Part shown: in pieces, positions 1 through 12,900 of the stretch
How positions within the stretch are numbered: position 1 is the first letter of the stretch
Layout of the letters: each line of letters begins with the position of its first letter
Origin: Catajapyx aquilonaris
Taxonomy: Eukaryota
Length of the DNA: 64,000 nucleotides
Assembly (NCBI GenBank): GCA_000934665.2
Contig: KZ538031.1
Location: forward strand, 1 to 64,000
Direction of reading: 5' to 3'
Notes under the pieces: generated by a model
Seen by the model: the letters and a program-made list of their open reading frames with translations, nothing else
Told to the model about the DNA's origin: nothing
The model's database searches: none
Made by a program: the position numbers and the translations under genes

Positions 1-875
1 AGCAGATGCACATGGCGGTTTTCGTCACATTCCACTATAAACCTCATTTCAGCCGAAGTCTCCACATAGCGGATTTCCGATGCCTAACGACGATATGCAA
101 ATAATAACGAGCCATTTGCAGTCCACTGTATTCTGATAATTATTATACTGCAATGTACCTTGTGGCTTCACTTCCTCTTCGAGTTCCACAGTGTCTTCAC
201 GCGCCACGGCCAAAGACGTAGGTGTCAGCACCAATGCTGGTGAGCATCCAGGCGACAGCTGAATAGGTCCAGGTGAGGGTAAACAGCGTAAAACAGGTCC
301 AGGCGAAAGCAGGGCAGGTCCTGGCGAGAACAAATCCTGAGCCCTCTCTCCACCAGCCTGCTCCGGAGTCGAGTGAACAACGGGCTGCTCCTGGGACAGT
401 TTCAACTTCTCCTCCTCCTTCACCGATTCCTCAATGGCCCTCGCAAGCTCTTTCTTCGTAATAATAATAAACGAGTCAGCTGCGAATACCAATTCAGTGC
501 AAACGACTTACTTCAAACAGACGATCTTCCAGAGACCTCCTCTTCTGAGAGGTGCTAACCGGGCTGCTGGTAAACACCGGGCCATTGACACGTTCAGTTT
601 TATTCTCCGGCTTCTCTTTGGCCTTCTTTTTCACCGGTTCAAAATCATCTGCAATAAATTTATGTGAAGTATGCCACACAATGCAGGTCGAGCTCTTAAC
701 AAACATGACCCAGCTGGGTCAGAGGTCGCCGTTACCGTCGCTGTCCTCGTCCATGTCGAACTTGGAGTAGCTGGCTGCACCCCTGCAATTGCAACAATTA
801 TTAATTAATTGCTGCACGTGCTTCAACAATGGATCGTTTATTACGTTACCTGCGTGACTTGCGAGCTGGGCCCAT
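1..875 (-). CDS. RAD51AP1: RAD51-associated protein 1-like (RAD51AP1/NUCKS family), 5' part; gene runs off the window start. Exons 875-850, 782-736, 648-512, 453-159, 34-<1
   Basis: Phase-consistent GT-AG splicing gives MGPARKSRRGAASYSKFDMDEDSDDDFEPVKKKAKE...KRRSLEDRLFEKELARAIEESVKE. This resembles the recalled human RAD51AP1 motifs 'VNYSQFDHSDSDDDF' and 'LDDKLYQRDLEVALALSVKE'. The C-terminal RAD51-binding domain is outside the window. Confidence 0.62.
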
Positions 876-1331
876 GTGCTCTAATTACCCACTAATTATT
901 ACAAATAATGAGCACAAAACAAGTAAAATCCTGCCGATTTGGCGGCACAAAACGGCCATTACAGGAAGCTAACAACATTCGAATTTTTTAAAAAATGCCG
1001 AATTAACCAACTAATATGACTTTTAAAATAATTTTATATTTAAATATAATGTAAATTTTAAAAAAAATTGTTTAAACAACATGTTTAGAGTTGGCCAATC
1101 ACGAACTAGAATGGAACGCGGCTGGCCAATCGCAGCCATTGCTTTATTGTGGCAAGGAACGGACCAGTTGATTGTGGCAAGGAACGGACCGGTTTATTGT
1201 GGCAAGGAACGGACCGGATGCGACGCCATGTCTTTTTATAGACGTAGGAACAGAGATGGGCCACACACCGATTGAAACGTGAAGGTGGCATATTTTTCGC
1301 CAAAATATTTTCGCACAAAATGAGCGAAATA
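876..1331. promoter_or_regulatory. Compact bidirectional promoter/5'UTR region between the RAD51AP1-like gene and PYROXD1
   Basis: The divergent ATGs are 456 bp apart. There are two GGCCAATC CCAAT boxes (~1093, ~1124) and E2F-like elements TTTGGCGG (938-945) and TTTCGCCAAAA (1295-1305). Confidence 0.6.
1143..1217. repeat. 3 x 25-bp tandem repeat (TTTATTGTGGCAAGGAACGGACCRG)
   Basis: Units at 1143-1167, 1168-1192 and 1193-1217, with 1-2 mismatches between units. Confidence 0.92.
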
Positions 1332-3036
1332 ATGGCGACGTTCGTGGTGGTCGGCGGAGGCATCGCTGGAGTCTCATGTGCTGAACAGGCATGAATAAAC
1401 ATGTGCTATAGTTGGAAGGGCCCTTTACTTGAAAAGTCACATTCAAGTAAGAGGGCCTGCAACTATACATGATGAGAATTACCAGTGTTTTACTTCCAAC
1501 AGTTAGCGTACATGTCACAAGAGCCGGTGTGCCTGGTGACGGCCAGTACGCTGATCAAGGCTGTGACGCATGTGTCCAGGCTGACGCGGACGCTGGAGGA
1601 ATTCCAGGTGGAAGAGAAGGAAGCGGGGTCACTACAAGAGTTGCACCGGTCACTCAACATTATTCATGACAAAGTCCAGGCGATGAATGCGGAGGAGAAA
1701 GTACGGGTTGCTCGCATTGCATCGTAGCGAACGTAACACGATTTGTACTTTCAGTTTGTGACGACAGTGTCTGGCGAGAGGGTGAGGTATCAGAAGATGT
1801 GCATTTGTACGGGAGCAACACCTAAGCTGATAGCGGAAAACCATCCTCATGTCGTTGGGATAAGAGACACCGATTCTGTCAAGGCATTTTCTGAGAGGAT
1901 TGCGCTATCAAAGCGTGTTGTCGTCGTCGGTAATGGTGGAATCGCAACTGAAGTCATGTAATATTGAGATGATGTTCGCAACCTTCGGAATGAATTAGTC
2001 TTACTCTAAATGTATTTGCAGATATGAAACACGTGGAGTTGAAATAATCTGGGTGGTGAAAGACCGCTCCATTTCCTCAACGTTTGTGGATCCAGGTGCA
2101 TCCGAATTCTTCCTAGCCAAGTTCAGATCCGAAGATAAGCCACAATCTCCAACTGTAACTAAGCGGGCCAAGTACACAGCCTCCTCCGCTTCATCCGGTG
2201 CCGCATTGGGCCCCGACTGGCATTCAGGCTACTCCCTCCAAGGTTCATCTCACAAAGACCTTCGCATTGAGTACGAGACTGAAGTTGCTGAACTGCTGGA
2301 TAAAGATGAAGATGGAAGTAGCGAATGGCCTGTTTACGCTAAGTTAACGTCAGGCAAGGTGTATGGTTGTGACCTTGTTGTTTCCGCTACTGGAGTGGTG
2401 CCGAACACAGCCGCATTCGTTAAAAAGGGAACGACGGCAGATCATACCAGTGCCGATGCAGCTGTTCTAACCACAGGAACAGACGGTGGCATTCTAGTCA
2501 ATGACAAAATGGAGACGAGCATTGCGAATGTCTTCGCAGCTGGTGATGTCTGCACTGCAGAATGGACGCCAGCCCCCCACTGGTTCCAGGTTCGTATTCC
2601 GTCGAGCAACCATTGCTGTCTAGCAATTATACAGCTAACCCTCTCTCAGATGCGGCTGTGGACCCAAGCCCGCCAGATGGGCATGTATGCTGCCAAGTCC
2701 ATGTGTGCCTCCTTTTCTGGAGAGCCGATCACTCCAGACTTCTGCTTCGAGATGTTCTCTCATGTGACGCGCTTCTTTGGCATGAAGGTAGTGCTGCTGG
2801 GTCTCTTCAACGGGCAGCGGCTGGGGCTAGGCTACGAGATCCTCCTCCGCACCACCAAAGGGATGGAGTACATTAAGGCAGTCATGAAGGACCACAAGAT
2901 GCAAGGGGCCATCCTCATCGGAGACACTGATCTGGAGGAAACCTTCGAGAACCTCATTCTCAACCAGATGGACCTGGAGCCTTACGGGGAAGACCTGCTC
3001 GATCCAAACATTGATATTGAAGATTATTTTGATTAG
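1332..3036 (+). CDS. PYROXD1: Pyridine nucleotide-disulphide oxidoreductase domain-containing protein 1, ~470 aa. Exons 1332-1388, 1503-1700, 1755-1957, 2022-2589, 2650-3036
   Basis: FAD motif [23 protein letters not shown], second Rossmann motif [32 protein letters not shown], and the diagnostic C-terminus [43 protein letters not shown]. Exons sum to 1413 nt in frame. Confidence 0.96.
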
Positions 3037-3104
3037 CTCGTCAGCAATGCTATTTATTGTTACAACTTTTGTTTTTCATTACGCTTCGCTCACGGCGCTA
3101 TCGA

Positions 3105-3143
3105 AATAAAAGTACCTGAAAATCCGGAGAGGCAAATAATAAA
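3105..3143 (+). terminator. Candidate polyadenylation signals of PYROXD1 (AATAAA at 3105-3110 and 3138-3143)
   Basis: Canonical hexamers ~70-100 nt after the stop, followed by GT/T-rich sequence. Confidence 0.5.
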
Positions 3144-3904
3144 CGGTATGTATGGCTTTACCATAAAATGTGTTTTCCATTTATTCCTCCTTTTTTTTTT
3201 TAAATACCATTTCTGGAAGGAAACAATTTTTTTCTCACACATTTTGCCTCGTCGTCTTCATCTTTTCCATCCTGTATTGAAATCTCATTGGGTGCACATT
3301 GCGGGGGGAAAAAAATAGAATCAACAAAAAATTCCCCAGAAAACTGGTGCTTTATGGCAAGTCAAGAGTTGAGTATTAAATGGCACTTCCGGGCTCAAAA
3401 AAGAAGTGACGTCCAAAAAAAAAAGTCATTAAGTAAAAAGCTCAACACTTAATCTTTTTTTAAAAAAAAAAATGCTGTCGTCAATAACACCTTTTCAGGG
3501 CAAGAAAAATCTTAAGTCACAAAACTAGAGCCAGCATTTTTTCTCTCTCTCTCTCATTTCATAAAATAAACTGAAAATCACATACCTTACTCTTTTTTTT
3601 TTGTTTCTCTTTGGGACAGTTAAATAACAAATAAAAATTGTCCCTAAATGCATTGAAAACAATATTTGCATTAATGCAAAAGAATCACATCCTGTTTCAA
3701 ACTTAAATGACGTCGCCGACTCATTGTCGTAACTATAGCAGAAATATTCATCGGTAGATTACTTAACAAAATTAAGCGGAACATTCCGCCAAGAAGAACG
3801 ACGAAAAAAAAAGAGCATCATTGTAAAGGAGAAAAAAAAAAAGGCCAAGCAAAATAACCTGATGTAAGGTTCTAAAAAAGTGTCACCACGAAGATTGTTG
3901 ACGT

Positions 3905-6900
3905 CTATCTGTCCTTCTTTGAGAAGAATGAGCTCCAGTTGTCGGAAGAATCGGGAGCTGTTGGAGCCCAAATGTCGCTCATGGAACGGAAGGGGTCAAA
4001 TGCCTGTAACGAAATTCATGTCAGATTATGAATGCATAACACTCTTCCATGGTCGTAAAAGGCAGCTCACATCAATCCGAGGCTCCAGAATGGGTGGAAG
4101 CTCTGGCTCGCTCAAATCATTGGTGCCGACAGCAACGGGTGGCATATGGTGTTGCATGGGGCTCCAGCCTGGAGGAGCCGGCACTCTTCCGACTCCTCCG
4201 CCACCGAGCCCCTCCCATCCTCCGCCACCTCCCAGAAACACTCCTGCTCCGTCCCACAGCACGTCAGGTGAGGGCGGGATACCAGGCGGACCACCTCCGA
4301 ACCCAGGCCATGCCTCGGGAGTGCCACCCGCAGCCATCATGGCAGCCTGCTGACGTTGGAACTCCTCCACACGTTGCCGTCTCTCTGCCTGCAGCACCTG
4401 CATTATGGTGTTATTGTTGGCTCGTTCCCACAGATGGCCCAAGGGCGGCTGGGTCACCTCGGGTTGCTCTGCTGCCACTGCCGCATCGCCGAACCAAGCC
4501 CTGCCGCTGCTGCCCTCTGCTTTCCATGCTGGCCGCTGCCCAATCGGACCGAGCACACGACTGCTGTTGACCTCCGGAGCTATCTTGCCCACAGGCGTTA
4601 CTTTAGCTTTAACCTTATCCCCGTTGCTGCTCACCACACTGGAGTAGGAACCCAACAGTGGGGAAGTCACGGAAACAGGGGGCGTATCAGAGGCAGCAGT
4701 GGACTTCATTGATGCCAGGTGCGAGGGAGAGCTAAGGGCAAAGCTCTCAGTCTGGGCGGCCAATTCCATGAAGCTCTCATCAGCGGATTTCTTCGACGGC
4801 TGGTCCCACAATTGCGTAGGGGACTCGCGTCCGCTGGTGGTGCTGCTTGTATCGGACACCGTGGGACTGGCTGTCTGGTTCTCTGGATTCTGACTCACTC
4901 CTATCCGAGATAAATGCAGTTAGCATGGAACAAAACTGAACCTTACTCTTAAAGTAGTTAGCCTCACCTTTAACTTTAGCCGTTTTCTTGGCAGGTGCTG
5001 GAATCTTTGGCTCTGAGGTGCCTCTTTCCTGAGGCTCCTTCACTGGTTTCAACTTGTACGGCAGCTCCAATGAACTTGACTGCAGAATGTCTCCTGCAAA
5101 TGATGACGATGCTGGGACAGTCGCCTTGATCCCAGGAACACTCTCGGCCTTGGGCTTCCTGTTTCCCCGAGATTTCACCACCACCTCTGTAGATGGTGGG
5201 GATCCCTCAGACGCTGCATGCTTACGACCAACCTCTCCATTTGTCACAGGTACAGGAGAAGACGCTGGACGATTATTATCACCGGGTTTTGACTTTGGTT
5301 TGGATGGGCCATCGTGGCTCCTGACGGCCTTCTCTTTATACTTCACTTCCTACAATTAGATGATGAAATTACAGTACGTGTCCATCAACAGTAAATTAAT
5401 GTTGCTTTGTAGTGCACAAATCATAAATTATTCCATCCCGTATTGCTGACTAATATTACATAAAGTTACCTTCTCCACAACTTCATCCGGATTAGACCCT
5501 TCGGTAGTGGTAGATGAAGTTTCCTCTTCAGCTTTACTATCCCTCTTGTTGTTACTTCTCTCCGCAGCCTCTGCGCTGCCTCTCCTTCCTCCGCCTCCTT
5601 TCCCTTTCTTCTTACCGCTGTCGCCTCCTGAGTGGCCATCTTCGGAACTGCCCCTCCCCTTTTTACTTCTTCCTGTGCTTTTGTTGCTGTCTCCTCGTCC
5701 AAACAGCATTGTCCACGACTTCTTCACCTCTGGCTTTGGGCTTAACTTGGAACCACTGCCCTTCTTCGGCTGGCTCCCAGATTCTGACTTGGATGAGCCT
5801 GTCCTACTAGCTATCCTGTTCCTGGGGGTGGTGGCATGGCCGTTTCTCACTTCCTTCGCCAGCCTTCCGTCAACGCTCTTCTTTACCTTTTAAACAATGG
5901 ATTCATGTTAGTGTAATTCAAGTCTAAATGAACGTTGCTGGTTTTCAAACATTCACTTGAGTATTAGTGCAGCACAATACAAATGGCTCATCTCTTCTTA
6001 CCTTACTCAAATCCAAGACTTTGGACCGATCATACGTGGCACCAGACGGCTCCGAGTTAGCAACAGTGGTGGTCATAGCTATTAAGGTGGACTTGAGCAG
6101 TCGTTCAGATTCGAACGCAGCAGCACCCAACACGGCAAACAGCACGATGATCATCACGCTGACCATGACGTAATAGATGCGTCCCTCCCAGTGTGGTCGC
6201 GGTAAAGCTTGGCTGCACACAGCCAGCATGTGTGGTGGGAGGGTGGCTACTAAGGTGTAATTTAAGGTATGCTCTGGGGTGAGGCTGGTGTGAACCTGAA
6301 GCACCCTCTCGACACGTGACAGGGTGAAGTCAGGTGTGAAAGCCACGTCCACCTTGCGTGATCCATTGGCCGGAAGGAGGAACCCGTGGCAGTTGAGCAC
6401 CCGGAAACCGTATCCCTCGCAGGGGGACTCGTTTATGGAGAAGCCGGACACGTAGATAGGGAGATTACCCACGTTGCGGGCAGTGAAGGATATCTTCACT
6501 GTCAGGTTCGGAGGGAGGTACTGACTCGATTTGCCTCCTGAAAGAGCCACGTGCACATGAGAATGCTGGCGTGTAACAGGCACAAACAACTTACGTTCAC
6601 AGTCTTTGAGATGCTTCTCCATTATCTCAAACATAAGTGGTGAGGACATGTCTGGGTTCTTGTTTCCAAACTTGAACTGTCCAAAGCCTCCTTTCCCTCT
6701 CAGGTACAATGCTTCAACTCCTGTTAGATTATTCCTGTTCGAGAGAGAGGAACGCATTAGGACACAAGCAGGTACTCCATGTGACAACAACTCACCTTAA
6801 AAAAAGGGCCGCATTTCTGGGCAACTCATCCATTGGCGAGAAGCTGATCCTGCCCTTCAGCTTCCCACCCGGCTGCAGCAAATAGACTGAAGTTCCCGGA

Positions 6901-9900
6901 TGAACTTGCGCTCCAAGGATTTCTTCTGCTCTCTGCCTACTCAACCTCTGGGGATCGTCGTCATCTGGCTCAGGAAAGCCAAAAGCTTCCGAACCAAGCT
7001 CATCACAGCTCTCTTTATCCAGAAGCACGCTAATTACACTAAACAATGTGTTAGTTACCCTCATTACAATCTTTAAAGATGCATCAAAAATAAAACAACT
7101 GGAAAAGACACTTACGGATCAGGTAGCCAAGGACTAGTCCCCACGTACGTAACAAAGGGCACAGCTTGAACTAAGACAGGGCTTCCTCCAGCATTGTGCA
7201 AGTGGAACTCTCTGAATGTGGTGTTCCCTATTTGAGTGAGCGGAAAAGCCAGTTCCACTGCCCTCCTGCCAACTTGCGGGGAGGAAGAGAGCAAGGAGGG
7301 CCAGCCGAGAGTGGCCTGGGCTTGAAAGAGAAAACCCTGCACCTCGCTTGTGTCAAGCTGGAAGGTCACGTTGAAGCTGGACTTGTCCGAAGTGGCACTC
7401 TGATACTGAGAGTACAAGCTCTCTGCCAGGGTTGCATCTGAATCTCGCGTGGATTGTGGGAGAGAGAATCCAAGTGCCCACTGCTGATAAACTGGAACAA
7501 GACACGAATCGAATCAGTATCTGCCACTCACATGCAATGGATAGACAACTATACAATACATCTAACACACAAAGATCAACAAAACATGATTCGAAAGAAG
7601 AAGAAAAGCATGCAACTATGCGTTTGCAAGTTTAGTGTCAAGTTTGGAGAGCGCAACAACAATTGAAAGGTAAAATGGCCTTAGAAGTGCCTACCTTTGG
7701 TACTAGTGCTGAAACCAGAGTAACAAGTATCGCCACAATCCTTTAAAGGGTCAAAATATAGCATTCCTATGTGGTTTTTAACTTGTGGCTGAACTGAGAG
7801 CCCTGATGAATTTCTTCCCAGTGGTTTGAAGTAAAACCGCTTATCGTGTGGCTGGGCCCTCACGTTGGTCACCACCATTGGGTGTCGGAAGGAAGAATAA
7901 ATATGAAGCTTCTGCTCCGACACTTTACCCTGAAATTACATGGATCGTGTCATGTAATCCATCACGCATTTGACATCAACATACTTTAGCTATACAACTA
8001 TAAAAGTCTCTTGAAGAATGCTTCATACCTTCACTATCTCAATTAAGGCACCCCAAAATGAACACAGAAATGAAACCCATGCAAGCTTACTGGAAAGGCA
8101 TTGTCGAATATGACATATTCCGGCACAGTAGTAAGACTCCCTTCTGCTGTCCGTAACCAAAAGGGCACTTTTAACTGTTCAAATTGTGTCTGAACATATG
8201 CTTCTCCTGTCGTGTAGCCTTCTGTGTCTGGAGCTATTACACCAATCCGAAACACAGCGTAATGGTATGGCTTCAGAAATAACTGCAATGAAAGTTACTC
8301 TTTAATATTATGATAATTCTTATGACCGGTTGTAGCAATGCAAATTGAGATGAAACCTCTGATCAGCAAATTACAAACGTAATCTGAGAGCCGACACAAC
8401 CAGCCTTCAATAATTTCACCTCACACATTTTTAAAAATAATGATAAGTCAACTCACACTTTTGGCCATATCTAAAAAAGTGTGCCTCTTGACAATGACTG
8501 ATGCATTTCCTTTCTCCACCCCAATAAGCTCGACAGCCGTTCTGCTAAGGTTGCTTCCCCACCCTCTGAGCCTCAACTCGATGGGGTTGTCGTTAATGAC
8601 GGTGAAGAACATGTCCTTCTTGCTGCCTATCCCCAAGGTCCCAAACTCAATGGACTCTTCTTTCCCGTTGGGAGGAATAAAGGTGGTGAGTTTCCCGCTG
8701 TAGCACACTACTGGTACCTCCAACTGCGTCACATTGGTGTGCAGGATCACCGACGATGACAGCTGGAGGTTTGGAGTGATGTTGGCCATGTTGAGGGAAA
8801 GATGGAATAGGGTTCCAGTCTCACCAGGCTGGAGAGTCATCGGTGCATTTGTGTCCATCTGCCACATGAAACAACATACTTTTATTTCAAATCTGGTGTA
8901 ATCCACATAGCCAAGTAACTTCTGACAAAATTCAAATGCAAGCAATCGTTGAGATCCATGAACATGATTCGATAGGAAAATTACAAATTGTAGGCCATCA
9001 TACCAATTATCTCGGAATGGTTTTTGCATTGGTTGGAGTGAAGCATATCATGTAACTAATCGAATGTACACTGAATGTGACTGAAAATAGAGGCTACCAT
9101 TCTTCCAATAAGTTTGCATTATGTTCAAGCCAGTCCCTCCGGTCATTCACATTTTCCAGTCTACTATGTCGGTTGCATATTACATGGCTCACACTGCCTA
9201 ATTAATACTGTATGAGCTACAGAAATAATAAATGCTTCGTTCTTGAAAATCAGCAAGTAAACATTAGGTCCAAGTTCGAGGGCTTCCCACTACTTGTAAA
9301 AGCAAGAACCTCTCTCCCTCTCTCTCTAATTCAAGTTCTTAAATATCAACATATGCATGGAGGTCTCTTTGATCAATGCTGGACACCAGCCAATACATGA
9401 TAGGCAAGTGTAAAATCTAGATAAATCATTCCATATTATCTTATCTGACATTATGCAACAATATCTTATCTGGACTACTTCCTGGACATTTTTATGACTA
9501 TTTACTAGACATGCAGATATTTCTCCCTGGCCTCGTCTCAATGCTATAGCCACGTGGCAGAAAAATTCCCTTTATTTTTATCTCTCTTGAAGAATTCTTG
9601 TTATTTCATACATTTTAAAAAGCTACTGTGTATGAAGGATTCACTGATGCAAGAAATCCTTCTGAAATAATGATCCACGAGCCTTCAATGTACCTTGAAT
9701 CATATTTCATCATTTAGCCTTGACATCATCTATTGTGGCATTTGAGCTGCATTACTTTGCTTCATGCAATTGAGCATTGTATTTGCAATATAATCAACAC
9801 TGATCTTATATGGCCACAATTCAGCAGCAATTTACAGGGTGCAGAAAACTTAAGGTACCCTTTACTTTTGTGGGCGGTAGTTGTGGCTACAAAACATGGT

Positions 9901-12900
9901 AACTTACGCAACTGTCAAATGCTGAAGAACAACAGTTTCAAGGATGAAAAAATTCAACTCACCATAAAGTACGGCTTCATATCCTCAGAGAAGGAGACGT
10001 TGTGAAGCACAACTGCAGTGGTGAACCTGTTTGTGACTTCAAAACTCCTGGTTTCTTGTGTGGGGTATTCTCCCACGTAGAACCTCATGAAGGATCGGTT
10101 GTACTCTAACTCCCCTTGCAGCACCTGCGCTTTGTATGGCACTGACACTTTAAACTGGTTGTTCTTTGACTTTATTACTATCCTCCCTGTGCACTGCTTT
10201 GGATGCACCACTTTGGATGCTGCAAAGAAAAACCAGTTCATCACTAGAGACAGTAACTTTTCCAGGTCATGTAACACCAATTATCATTTAAATTAGATAT
10301 TATTTTTCCATTTCAGGATGGTAATGTTTTTGCAGCATTTGTTAATCTCATAGGCAATAGAATCTATTTAATTGGGTTTTATGTGTGTGTGTGTGTGTCG
10401 ACTAGTTAAAAAATCTTCACATACCATCAAACGTAACAGTGGCTACAACTGTTGCTCTTGCAGTATCAGGAGGAAGCTTTATGGGTCTGTAGTCAAGTTT
10501 AACAGCTTCATTCACAGGAGCTACTACTATTGCCTGAAAGAGAGAGAAAAAAAATCCACTAATGACACCAGCCGAGGTACACACATTTTTACAAAACTAC
10601 ACAACTAATACTAGAAATCTTTGCAAAGTAAAATGTATGCAATTTACTTTTTTTTTAAAGTAGATTGTCAATGAAACTGGTTCTCTTAACAACTTATTTT
10701 AATCTGCATAAAATAACAAACACTAGTACTTCTTGAGGCAAGAAGGCTAAGTTTGTTTTTTTTTTTTTACGTGTGAGGTTGGCGATCAAGTGTTATCAAA
10801 ATAATTTCCTTCTTTTATAGGGCAATTAGTCTCTCATAAGGTTTCAATGCTATCTTCGTGCTTGTGCCAACACAATCATAAAAAGGAAAACTGGGGCATA
10901 TAATAGCACCCGAATCTCCAATGACCCTGACTCCATTTCAAGTCCATTACAGTTGTTGACATACATTGTACAAAAATATGTTCTCACCTGTAAGTGAATG
11001 TTCCTTTGCCCTGAATTTAAGAGCAACAGACGAAGTGTTTTGGGTGGATCGGATGTTGTGAGCAATCCAAAGTCTAGTAACTCTTGAGGACAGTAAAGAC
11101 CAGGCTGCGAAGACACCTCCACTTCCACAGGCAGAACTAGGTATTCCTGGGATGTATTATTTGTTTTGATTCTGTAAAATAATCAGGGTCATTAGTCAGA
11201 CATTCTAAAATTCAGGGTGTATAATCAACAATTACCTAATATAACTAGTGTGGTTACTCTCTATGTGAGCCACAAAGTTGGCCCTCATGACTGGTCGCGT
11301 TTCATAGGGAGGTATCTCCCAGAGTCTCTTTGGTCCATCTAGTTCGCCTGTGGGCAGCTCCAAGTGGAGGTTGCCTCCACTACTATACATCTCCACAACC
11401 TGCAAAAAGACAAAAGCAAGTAACCAAACTGAGCAACGCAAGTGGCGAGATGAACCATACCTGGAGCACTGACCCATGTGGGTTATGCATGTTTATTAAT
11501 GGAGCATAACTGGAGTTTAAAGGTACTCTGACTCCAACAAAGGGCCTCAATCGATAAGGGTTTGGCATGCCTACCCCTTTCACCTGCAATAAAATAATAT
11601 GGCTCAGTAAACTTGCATTCCCAAAGTCATGTCACTCTCCTCCATGTTGAACTTCTTAAAACAGAGGCCCTCGCACCAACCTGCTGTTATTTACTAGGTG
11701 AAAATAATGTCAAGAATTCCACTTAAAGTGAGCCATAAAGAACAGCTGTCCAGCCTTCATTTTGCAAATGTGCATTGGTTGAACCCCTTACCCTTTTTTA
11801 AACTCGACTGCTTGCTTCTGAGTGATCTCAAAATAGAAGCAAGCTTGGAACCAGGCAAAACAAGCACACGAGTGTGACAAACCGGACAGCCTTTTAAATC
11901 GAGGGGAAAATCCACCTACTTGGTACTTAAATGTTCCCACTGACGTGTGGATGAAAAGAAGGCTGTCTATCCTGCCTTCTTCTCTCGCTAAAAACACTAC
12001 ATCGAAAGATGTGTTTGAAAGAGGAGGTAACACCTGCAAAGAAGTCGTAGCAGTTAAGAGATTGCAAAGTATCACGAGCGCATACGCCCCACAGAACGTG
12101 CACTTACCTTATCTTGAAAAAATGAACAGTGAAAATGAACAGTGTTCCCCGATATTGAGAACATTTGTATACTTTTTTGACTGTGTGTATTATATATTGA
12201 GACCCTTTGGAGATTGGGCATCCCAAGTGAGCTGGTGGTGGAAATTGACAATTAGGATTTGTACAGATTATTATCCGGAAGGATTATCCCCTTCATACTT
12301 ACTGCTCTTTAAAATCCAATGAGGGTGGATCAAATGTTACTGAACTTTTATGGGCTTGGCTTCCATCTACATGTCTGCTTCCCGACCTGAACATCGAATA
12401 CGAATATATTGTTAACGCACGTCAAGCTAAAAATTGTAATAATGACTACAGCATAATTAGTTAGCACTTACCCATCAGCAGTCTCCCCCAGCTCCTAAAA
12501 TGAAAGAAGAAGGAAGATATGAGTGACAATTTTGCATTCTGACTCGTTTGTGGCAGGTGTATAACTGTTATAGTTCGTACGTTTTATGCCATCGAAGTAT
12601 ATGCTGAATTACATACAGTCTCCAAATTTTATTAAGGGCTTTGGCAATGCCTGCCAGAATATTTAGATGCCAGAATTATTTGAAAATATCTCATGAAATA
12701 AACATGTTCTCTAGGAGTCTAGGGAAATTATGTACGCTAAAAGGTAATCATCACACTTCCAGGGATGGGCACTAAATACTTGAATGTAATTAAATACTAA
12801 ATACTAACTACTGCAAAAAAATGTAATTAAATGCTAAATACTAAATACTGCAAAAGAAAGTAATTAGATACTAAATACTAAATACATCAAAAGTATTTAA

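Noticed and set aside
3880..5893. Several 100-170 aa + strand ORFs
   Set aside because: They are antisense shadows of GC-rich TMEM131 exons, with no recognisable domains or splice structure.
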